This document shows positions 28,094-35,402 of a stretch of DNA of 64,000 nucleotides, one piece after another; positions within the stretch are counted from its first letter, which is position 1, and each line of letters starts with the position of its first letter. The position numbers and the translations under genes are program-made. Below the pieces are notes generated by a model. It did not search any database, had not been told where the DNA came from, and was given only the letters and a program-made list of their open reading frames with translations. Source of the DNA: a virus (Duplodnaviria > Caudoviricetes); IMG/VR virus record IMGVR_UViG_3300035696_000004, positions 128,001 through 192,000 of that record. The stretch is one strand, 5' to 3'.

Positions 28094-28945
28094 ATGGATC
28101 TTTATAAAACGGTGGCTGGGTTTTTTGTGCGTGGATCCGATGAAAAAGACACGGTACCTACAATGGCAGGTGTTCCGACTGTTGACCCCAACAAGACACT
28201 CGTGGTTGAAAAACCCGCTACCTATATCAAAGCGCCCAAAGCGCCTGATAAGCGGGACAGGATCATCAAACGACTGGATGTGTTTCAGCTGATGCAATGT
28301 TTGCCGATGCCGGAAGAACGTGCCAAAAAGTACTTGAGCAGTCTTAATGTTGCTATTGAAAAATACAGCATCAATACCGCAAAGCGCCTTGCGGCTTTTC
28401 TGGCTGTCATTGGGGATGAATCGCAGAACCTCGAATGCATGACGGACCCAATGAACTATTCGGCTCAAGCTCTAGCTGAGCGATGGCCACAGATGTATGC
28501 GGATCGATTCTCCAAGGCGAATAACAACGCCATCACACCGAATGGTTTGGCCAAGAGCATTTCTGGAACGGCACAACCCATTGCCAATGTGACGTACGCC
28601 GATAAGCTCGGGAACGGCGGACCGAGTTCGAATGATGGTTGGAAGTTCCGACCTCGTGGCCCGATGAAAGTGGTAGGTCGTGCGTTTTACACACACTTTG
28701 CTCAACATCTCGGGGTCGATGTCGTAACTAACCCGGACCTGTTGACTGAACCTAGCTACGGGATGTTGGCTGCTGGGGCGTTCTGGGCTTCGTACGGAAT
28801 GAACTTCTACCTGGCTCACGACCAATTCGAACAACTCTGCTTGGCGATTGAAGACATCAAGGGAGCAGGAGCGGTAAAAGATGTGATCGGGTTAGAGATC
28901 AAACTCGAGTCGTATCAACGTTGCTTGGAAATCCTCACCAAATAG
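28094..28945 (+). CDS. Glycoside hydrolase family 19-like (endolysin-type) protein with degenerate motifs
   Basis: RLAAFLAVIGDES...MNYSA, YADKLGNG...DGWKFRPRG, NPDLL...AAGAFW follow the GH19 pattern. Confidence 0.75.
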   Translation: MDLYKTVAGFFVRGSDEKDTVPTMAGVPTVDPNKTLVVEKPATYIKAPKAPDKRDRIIKRLDVFQLMQCLPMPEERAKKYLSSLNVAIEKYSINTAKRLAAFLAVIGDESQNLECMTDPMNYSAQALAERWPQMYADRFSKANNNAITPNGLAKSISGTAQPIANVTYADKLGNGGPSSNDGWKFRPRGPMKVVGRAFYTHFAQHLGVDVVTNPDLLTEPSYGMLAAGAFWASYGMNFYLAHDQFEQLCLAIEDIKGAGAVKDVIGLEIKLESYQRCLEILTK

Positions 28946-28954
28946 CGTCATAGG

Positions 28955-28978
28955 CCTCAGGAGCGTACGCTCCTGAGG
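28955..28978. terminator. Bidirectional stem-loop between convergent genes
   Basis: CCTCAGGAGC-gtac-GCTCCTGAGG; flanked by CATA and TATG. Confidence 0.75.
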
Positions 28979-28992
28979 TTTTATGCTGCCAG

Positions 28993-29487
28993 TTAAGGCC
29001 AATACTCGTTTAAGAGTTTGATGCGCACAGCGGGGTCTACAGCCGTATTTCTGGAGAGGAGCTCAATGGCTTTCTCTCTGTCGTAAAACTCATACTTGGA
29101 TGAATCTCCAGCTCTCCCCAAGAGACCTTTGTTTCTTGCCGTCGCTTGTGCTGTATAGAAACGCGTCAGACTTCCGTTGTACCAACGACCATCATCATCG
29201 ACTGCCATCTCTCGTCCTGTGTGATTCTGAATCAATGAGGTTTCGGAGATGCTATCCAGATCAAGCATAATGGCGACTTCTTCGAGACATTCCTTTATAC
29301 AGGCGACTTCGCCTTTGTCTCCATCACGACCACCTCCTGGAAATCCATACCAACCACCGCCATCAACAATCAAAACCCGATCCCCGTAGAAGACAGCGAC
29401 CTCAACACGTTCTCGGATCGCCGTATTTTCCTCTTCTAATGCTGCACGCAATAATGATGTCATTTCAAACCCCATGAGTTCTATCAT
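28993..29487 (-). CDS. NUDIX hydrolase
   Basis: FPGGGRDGD...IKECLEEVAI Nudix box. Confidence 0.75.
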   Translation of the reverse strand: MIELMGFEMTSLLRAALEEENTAIRERVEVAVFYGDRVLIVDGGGWYGFPGGGRDGDKGEVACIKECLEEVAIMLDLDSISETSLIQNHTGREMAVDDDGRWYNGSLTRFYTAQATARNKGLLGRAGDSSKYEFYDREKAIELLSRNTAVDPAVRIKLLNEYWP

Positions 29488-29515
29488 AATAGTCTAAACA
29501 GAAACAAAAAAAAAA

Positions 29516-29531
29516 GGAGCCCTAAGGCTCC
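29516..29531 (-). terminator. Intrinsic terminator of the lipoprotein operon
   Basis: GGAGCC-ctaa-GGCTCC followed by a U10 tract on the minus strand. Confidence 0.7.
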
Positions 29532-29561
29532 CGGACCACAAGACCCTGAGGGGTCCTGTAG

Positions 29562-30209
29562 TCAATTGGGGACGTCAACTTCAACCGGGTCGGTGGCATC
29601 CGGGTCCTCGGAAGTGACGAGAGCCTTATGGGTGCCGCTGACCGCGGGGTTGGTCTGAGCAACACTACCCTGTTGGGGATCCTGTACCGGCCCTTGAAAG
29701 ACAGGCGCCTGCGGAACCATTTGAGCAGGTTGCACCAAATGCGGTTGCTGATATTGTTGTTGTTGGTACATCGCCAGCCGTTGGCGTTGGAGCTCACGGG
29801 TATGGGTCAAGTACTGTGCTTCCTGTACATACCGACCCACACTCGGATCGTAATAGATCCGGGGTTGTTCGGGAGCGTAGTGCACGACCCGTTGCGGAAC
29901 AACCGCCGGGTAGTTCACCGACGTTACGGGCGCCACGTATTGCGGCACCACGTTGTTATACGACGGCGCAGCCACGTTGTTGGGTTGGCTGTTGTTGTTG
30001 ATGATCGGGGTCGGGGTCGTGATGTTGTTGTTCACGACCACGTTCGGCTGTTGGGGTTGTTGGTACTGCTGTTGCTGCTGGCGCTCCATCATGGCGCGCT
30101 GGTAGCCTTCTTGATATCCGGGCTGTTGCCACGCTTGTTGGGGTTGGGAAGCGCAGCCAGTCAGACCAGCGACGAGGGAAAGAACAGCAACAATGAAGAG
30201 GGTTTTCAT
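29562..30209 (-). CDS. Predicted lipoprotein with Gln/Asn/Pro/Tyr-rich low-complexity body
   Basis: ATG 30209 after AAGGA; MKTLFIVAVLSLVAGLTG|CASQ lipobox. Confidence 0.8.
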   Translation of the reverse strand: MKTLFIVAVLSLVAGLTGCASQPQQAWQQPGYQEGYQRAMMERQQQQQYQQPQQPNVVVNNNITTPTPIINNNSQPNNVAAPSYNNVVPQYVAPVTSVNYPAVVPQRVVHYAPEQPRIYYDPSVGRYVQEAQYLTHTRELQRQRLAMYQQQQYQQPHLVQPAQMVPQAPVFQGPVQDPQQGSVAQTNPAVSGTHKALVTSEDPDATDPVEVDVPN

Positions 30210-30273
30210 GATGAGAGTCCTTGGTATTAGACAGGTTACCGGACGACCGAATAGCCGCCCGGAGGATTCATGG

Positions 30274-30798
30274 TCAGTTGTTGTCTTCCAGGAGGTCCTT
30301 GATGTTGTCGACCTCGCCGGCGATGGTGTAGAGCCTGATGTATTCGGAAACGGGAATCTGGGAATCGGACAGGGACTTGAGGGCCTGACGCGCTTGACTT
30401 TCATCATCTTCACGGAAACGACTCGCGTTCGCGGTGTCTTGCGCGAAGAACATCAAGATCGCCGGCAAGCCGACGGCGCCGCTGGTCGGGATTTTCGTTT
30501 CACGCGTCAAATGCATGTAGATCGACAGCCGGCGAGCGATGTTGGTGACGTACACTTCATGCAGATGATTCGTGTAACGTTCGAGCATCACCAGGTTGCC
30601 TAGATGCGTACCGAGCATGATCCCCTTGCGACCGTAACGATCGACAAACTTCACGATCTTCAGCGGTTCCAGTTTGGCGGCGCCGATGGTCACGAGTCCG
30701 TCAAGGTATTCAGTGGCATTATAGTGCTCATCGGTCAGTTCGATGGTGTCCTCGATTTTGTCGAAGAGGGCGGTAAAGAGGGTGGTGACGGTGTTCAT
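30274..30798 (-). CDS. Hypothetical protein
   Basis: 174 aa; AAGGA RBS. Confidence 0.7.
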   Translation of the reverse strand: MNTVTTLFTALFDKIEDTIELTDEHYNATEYLDGLVTIGAAKLEPLKIVKFVDRYGRKGIMLGTHLGNLVMLERYTNHLHEVYVTNIARRLSIYMHLTRETKIPTSGAVGLPAILMFFAQDTANASRFREDDESQARQALKSLSDSQIPVSEYIRLYTIAGEVDNIKDLLEDNN

Positions 30799-30849
30799 GG
30801 TAGTTCCTTTATACGGTGTGATAGGAGAGTTCGACTGTGGGTCAATGCA

Positions 30850-31119
30850 TTAATGCAACAGGTCGCTTACTGCAAGAGCCCGACCATTCGGATGGCTCTT
30901 TACCCAGGCAGCATGCTGCTCGAGGATATTTTTCTGGCAGTACGGGGTGTTGGCCGGGTTCCCGAGACCGTAATGGTCCACACGTTCTTTTACGCAGTCC
31001 GCGTACTTCGTTGCGTAACTGGTTTCAAACTGACTCGTGAAGGCTAATACTGCGAGAGCCACAATGGTCAGGAAGACAATGAAGGGGAGCGAAACGGCAC
31101 TACTTTGAGAATGATGCAT
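30850..31119 (-). CDS. Small membrane-anchored protein
   Basis: N-terminal TM helix (FIVFLTIVALAVLAF), two Cys; AAAGGA RBS. Confidence 0.7.
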   Translation of the reverse strand: MHHSQSSAVSLPFIVFLTIVALAVLAFTSQFETSYATKYADCVKERVDHYGLGNPANTPYCQKNILEQHAAWVKSHPNGRALAVSDLLH

Positions 31120-31191
31120 GGTGTATTTCCTTTTTAGGTTGTGTTAGACATTTCTTGAGACGCCCTCGTAAGAAGGCGTCTGGGGAAAGGT

Positions 31192-31899
31192 TTAGTTCGG
31201 TTCAACAGCCTCGGCGAAACCCAGGCTGGCGGCGGCCGTAGCAAAATCCTGACAGTCCGCGAAACCTTCCTTGCCAAATGTCCGGGCATTGCTGCAAACC
31301 AGCTTTGCGGCCGAACCCGCTTCATTGTTGGTCATCGCCAGACCGAGGAACCCGTGATCACCCGTTTTCCGGACCAGGTAAATCGAGGTCTGGAATTGGC
31401 TCGTTTTGGTAGCGATGATTTCCACCGGTGTGCAGGGCTCGTACCCCGACGTATCGGATGCGTAACCGAACTGACACGTCGTTGCTTCGACGTATTCTGC
31501 CGGGAACTTTTCGCGGTGGAGGGCCAGGAGAGCCGGTTTGACGAGGGTCTTCACGGACGACATCGTGGTTTCGAACACCGAGATGAACGCACCGATGCTG
31601 TCGATGATCGGTTGGGAAACGCTGATCACACCGGACCAGAACGACAGGTACCGGATGGTTTCTTTTTCCGGGATCTTGATCGAGATCTGGCTATTGGCAT
31701 ACTCGATTACAATCGGCTCCTGACCGGGCTTGCAGGTCGGCGTGTAGATGCCTTTGGTGAGGAGTTCATTCACGATTTCGAAGGCATCGTCAGCGATGTC
31801 AACATCGAAATCAAAACCGCGCAGGATGTCGGTCAGCTGGCAACCAATCTTGCGGGCTGCTTCAAATTCGGAGAGTTCGATAACGATTTTCATGATCAT
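31192..31899 (-). CDS. Hypothetical protein
   Basis: 235 aa; AAAGGA RBS. Confidence 0.7.
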   Translation of the reverse strand: MIMKIVIELSEFEAARKIGCQLTDILRGFDFDVDIADDAFEIVNELLTKGIYTPTCKPGQEPIVIEYANSQISIKIPEKETIRYLSFWSGVISVSQPIIDSIGAFISVFETTMSSVKTLVKPALLALHREKFPAEYVEATTCQFGYASDTSGYEPCTPVEIIATKTSQFQTSIYLVRKTGDHGFLGLAMTNNEAGSAAKLVCSNARTFGKEGFADCQDFATAAASLGFAEAVEPN

Positions 31900-31965
31900 T
31901 CCTTTATGCGTTTATTAGACAACAAGAAAGACAGGATAGCATGATTGCTACTCAATGTCAATCCA

Positions 31966-31995
31966 GTTATATAGGTTTGAGATATTCTGGAATCG
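31966..31995 (-). promoter_or_regulatory. Phage early-type promoter motif
   Basis: Minus strand CGATTCCAGAATATCTCAAACCTATATAAC. Confidence 0.75.
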
Positions 31996-31998
31996 CGA

Positions 31999-32505
31999 TT
32001 AAACGTCCACGGTTTCTGCCTCTTCGCAGAGCAGGTCAATAATGCGTTTGACTGTACTACGATGCAACGGCATGAGGCGTTCCAGAAGCTCGAGCGCTTC
32101 TCTGGGGACGAACCCTTTCCAGCGAGCGGCCAGCGCCTTGAGTTCTTCATTCATGGCAAATTCGCTTTCCGCAAAGATCTTCAGAAGGGCCTTCGATTCC
32201 AGCACCATCTTCAGAAACAGCCCGATCCGATCGTCGAACTTATGCGGGAGTTTTTCTCGCCATGTGGCGATGGCCTGGTGTTCTGTCATTCCCAGACCTT
32301 GGAAGTATGCCAACTTCCCGCGACGGACCAAATCCCGGGTTCGGGCATTGGTTGGAACCAAGATTCGGCGTTCTTCGTAATCGTAGTACGTCACGATGAT
32401 CCGTGAATCCCAATCGGTATCCGGGGAAAAGGCTTTGTTGAGATCCGGAACAAACCCAAAGTTCCGGATGGCGATGATATCGAGATCTTGTTGTGAATAA
32501 TACAT
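31999..32505 (-). CDS. Hypothetical protein
   Basis: 168 aa. Confidence 0.7.
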   Translation of the reverse strand: MYYSQQDLDIIAIRNFGFVPDLNKAFSPDTDWDSRIIVTYYDYEERRILVPTNARTRDLVRRGKLAYFQGLGMTEHQAIATWREKLPHKFDDRIGLFLKMVLESKALLKIFAESEFAMNEELKALAARWKGFVPREALELLERLMPLHRSTVKRIIDLLCEEAETVDV

Positions 32506-32527
32506 GGAGTCTCTTCCTTGTCATTAA

Positions 32528-32552
32528 ACCGCCCTCCGCAAAAGAGGGCGGT
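32528..32552. terminator. Intergenic stem-loop
   Basis: ACCGCCCTC-cgcaaaa-GAGGGCGGT. Confidence 0.6.
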
Positions 32553-32561
32553 CAGAGGGTT

Positions 32562-33107
32562 TTAGTTCAGACGACTATCAGCCCAGTACCACAGGGTCGG
32601 CCACTTTCCGCTATCGCAGATTTTCTTGATGGTGCGCGGGTCGTGATGCGAACTCCGTACCGCTTCCATGACACTCGGGTAGTAAATGCCGTTGACGACC
32701 ACCGGCTGCTTTACGGTGGCTTTACCCGGGCCCGCAGGGTTGGGTGCAAACTTCGGGTCGCGGCCATTATTGATAGCACGCGGTGCGTCTTTCGGAGGGG
32801 TATCGAGCTCGAGGGCGGATTTCCTGCCAGTCTTCTTGGACACCTTTTCCTTCAGTTCCTCGGTCGGTTCCTGGGTAGCTTCGGTTTTCGGTTTCACCTT
32901 CCTGACCTTCTTGGGTTTCTTTTCACCCGCTTCCGGTTCAGGCGGCATGTCTTTCGGTGTAGCCGGAAAGAGTTCGCTCTTCGTGAATCCGTAGGTCGCG
33001 ATGGCGGCCAGCGTATTCTTCAGCGCTTGCTTGCGCTTGGCTTCGATGAGTTCGCCAACAAAGATGTGGAGCCCTTGGAGCTGTTCGAGAGTGTATTTCT
33101 TCAACAT
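32562..33107 (-). CDS. Chimeric protein: H-NS-like oligomerisation N-terminus, Lys/Pro linker, NUMOD1-like DNA-binding C-terminus
   Basis: TLEQL...LIEAKRKQAL...AIATYGFTKSELF resembles BpH3/Bv3F/HvrA N-termini; C-terminal KQPVVVNGIYYPSVMEAVR. Confidence 0.65.
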   Translation of the reverse strand: MLKKYTLEQLQGLHIFVGELIEAKRKQALKNTLAAIATYGFTKSELFPATPKDMPPEPEAGEKKPKKVRKVKPKTEATQEPTEELKEKVSKKTGRKSALELDTPPKDAPRAINNGRDPKFAPNPAGPGKATVKQPVVVNGIYYPSVMEAVRSSHHDPRTIKKICDSGKWPTLWYWADSRLN

Positions 33108-33180
33108 ACGCGTATTCCTTTTTAAAAGATATTAAACAGTACAACACATTACGACATGATTATTATTCAATGTCACCTGA

Positions 33181-33210
33181 GTTATATAGGTTTGAAATAT
33201 TCTAGAATCG
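33181..33210 (-). promoter_or_regulatory. Phage early-type promoter motif
   Basis: Minus strand CGATTCTAGAATATTTCAAACCTATATAAC; near-identical to the chimallin promoter copy. Confidence 0.75.
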
Positions 33211-33243
33211 TTTATTTTGACAAAGAAAAAATAGGGGCATAAA

Positions 33244-33267
33244 CCCCCGCTCCTTGAGGAGCGGGGG
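33244..33267 (-). terminator. Stem-loop terminator
   Basis: CCCCCGCTCCT-tg-AGGAGCGGGGG; flanked by GGCATA and TATGTC. Confidence 0.7.
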
Positions 33268-33271
33268 AGCC

Positions 33272-33781
33272 TTATGTCTCATAGTGAATCCAGTCTGCTT
33301 CTTTGTTGAGGATGAGAGCTTCTGTTTCTTGCCACGTTTGCTCAAGGAACTTGGCAACGGCGTTGACAGATCGAAAGCGAATGCCGTTGAGAATAACCGC
33401 ACGCATCTTACGACGAGAGGGTGTGGATGCGGTCGATTCGGATTTCTGTGGTTTGATGGCTTTCCATCCAGGCCCTAGTTGAAGAAACTTCTTTCTTACA
33501 GGGGCTTCAGGTGGACGATATTCGGCTTTTGCAGGGGGCGTCTTCTCGTTGAAGATCGCTTCAAGTAAAGAATCCACCGTATTTTCACCGGTGGTTGATG
33601 CGGTCGTGATGGAGAGAACCTCTTCACCCTTTTCTTCAGGTGCCGGAAAGAACGCGCTGATGAATTCGGATCTCATGGATTCGAGCTTCATTTCTGCGCC
33701 AGCAATCAACGAACGAGCATAGCGCAAATCATTAGCGAGTTGGCAAAAATCATTCACGAGTGCTTCTTTGGTCTTAGCCAC
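33272..33781 (-). CDS. Hypothetical protein with C-terminal NUMOD1-like HTH
   Basis: GTG start after AAGGA; RAVILNGIRFRSVNAVAKFL motif. Confidence 0.65.
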   Translation of the reverse strand: MAKTKEALVNDFCQLANDLRYARSLIAGAEMKLESMRSEFISAFFPAPEEKGEEVLSITTASTTGENTVDSLLEAIFNEKTPPAKAEYRPPEAPVRKKFLQLGPGWKAIKPQKSESTASTPSRRKMRAVILNGIRFRSVNAVAKFLEQTWQETEALILNKEADWIHYET

Positions 33782-33858
33782 CGTCTTTTCCTTGTTATTA
33801 GAGGGTCAGTAAAGTGAGCGAGCTTTACCGATCCCTATTCCACACATTCGTTGCCATT

Positions 33859-35391
33859 CTAGATCCTCATCCCCGAACGCTCAATATTACATTTCAGGGC
33901 TTCGTCTTTTAAGAGTTCCAATTTGTGGCGATGGTAGTCAATCGCTTTCGGAACATCTTCGCACACCAAGTACGCAAAGTCTGGTGTTCGGCCATCATTC
34001 AACTCTCTCAAACGGCCAGCGCCTTGGATGTTCCCTTGGCTACTGTTGAGTGCGACAGTCAACAAGACACGTTTGAGACCCGGTATATCGACGTTTGTCC
34101 CTGCCGACCCGAGTGTTGTCACACTGATGTCCATTGTCATCAAGTTGCTGTACGGATCACCCTGGACGTATCGCCCTATATTGAATTCGTAGTAATAGCT
34201 CCTCAATTGATTAGTCAGGTACGTGCAAAATTCAACAGTCGAAGCGTAGATGACCATTCGATCTCCCCGGATGTACTCGCCCATGAACATCCCGTCTACG
34301 CACTTGATAATCAAATCGACGTACCCTTTCAGAGCCTCTTTGTTCTTCATGATACTTTGTTCAAATGCAACATGAGAGTAACGAGTATCACCGGGTTGGG
34401 TCGTACGAATTCGATCGGGATGCTTCAGATGGTACATGATGGCGGTGGCACGGATGAACTTGTGTACCGTCAACGGAACAAACCGCATACTCCCTGGGTA
34501 AGCCACCTCGTACATCTTGTTCACGAAGTCGTCGTCTGACTTCAATGTTCCGGACAACGAGATCGAATATGGCGTATGCGTGTAGAGATCAATCTTGAAG
34601 TTCAGGTGGAAGTCTTGGTGCAGCTCGTCCACGACCCGGCAAGACTTGATGTGTTCGAACAGATCCTCGGGCAGGCATGCGTAACCGAGATCCAGAATCT
34701 TTGCACCTTCATGTTCGTACAACTTCAACCAGTTTTGAATGGTCTTGTTGGAAATCAGGATGACCTTGGCATCAAGCGCATCAAGAGACGCTAATTCCAG
34801 CAGCGCCTTTAGCTGCTTCGAGCCTTCGACCGTCATGACATCTTCAGGCTCAATATCGAGCGTCTTGACAGCGTCCCGAACCCATTTATCAATGTAGCCG
34901 GGTCGCAAGACATACGCTGGACGATACCCTAAGTCATGCACAATCTGCATCGAACAGTAGGATTTACCACCACCCGGTTTCAGAGTCAGGACTTTACTGG
35001 CTTTGTGAACATCCTTTTTGGCGTACGCAATTGCCTCAGGTTGATCTCGCTTCGGATCAGGTACCCAACCATCACGGATAGGGAGATCGAAGTGTGGATA
35101 GCTCGGAATGGGTCGTGTGACGTACTCTATCATGCTTTCTTTGATAAAGTCTGCCGCCATGCACGCTTTAAAATCCTCCAGTGTGTTAATGTGGAAACGG
35201 TACTCTTTTCTGTTTTTACTGCGGGCAGCGAACACTTTCAACATCTTGTAAATCATTCGCCTACCCTTGCGTTCATATCCCCACTGTGCATAACGCTTTG
35301 CAAATCTCTCCACAGCCGAGTAGGCCCGTGGAGAGATCCGTGTACACACAAAGTGGTGAGACGCGATGGTGACTCGCAACTCAGCCATCAT
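33859..35391 (-). CDS. uvsW: SF2 DNA/RNA helicase, UvsW-like (phiKZ gp75-like)
   Basis: Walker A LKPGGGKS, VVDELH, SLSGT, GTNVDIP and QGAGRLR. Confidence 0.85.
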   Translation of the reverse strand: MMAELRVTIASHHFVCTRISPRAYSAVERFAKRYAQWGYERKGRRMIYKMLKVFAARSKNRKEYRFHINTLEDFKACMAADFIKESMIEYVTRPIPSYPHFDLPIRDGWVPDPKRDQPEAIAYAKKDVHKASKVLTLKPGGGKSYCSMQIVHDLGYRPAYVLRPGYIDKWVRDAVKTLDIEPEDVMTVEGSKQLKALLELASLDALDAKVILISNKTIQNWLKLYEHEGAKILDLGYACLPEDLFEHIKSCRVVDELHQDFHLNFKIDLYTHTPYSISLSGTLKSDDDFVNKMYEVAYPGSMRFVPLTVHKFIRATAIMYHLKHPDRIRTTQPGDTRYSHVAFEQSIMKNKEALKGYVDLIIKCVDGMFMGEYIRGDRMVIYASTVEFCTYLTNQLRSYYYEFNIGRYVQGDPYSNLMTMDISVTTLGSAGTNVDIPGLKRVLLTVALNSSQGNIQGAGRLRELNDGRTPDFAYLVCEDVPKAIDYHRHKLELLKDEALKCNIERSGMRI

Positions 35392-35402
35392 TTCCCGATC
35401 TT

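Noticed and set aside
30210-30413. Upstream extension of the 283-aa ORF
   Set aside because: Overlaps the 30274..30798 gene; the signal peptide and RBS place the start at 30209.
28094-31119. A lysis cassette (GH19 + lipoprotein + TM protein as spanin or holin)
   Set aside because: The genes are on opposite strands and separated by terminators; the lipoprotein lacks o-spanin size and pairing with an i-spanin.
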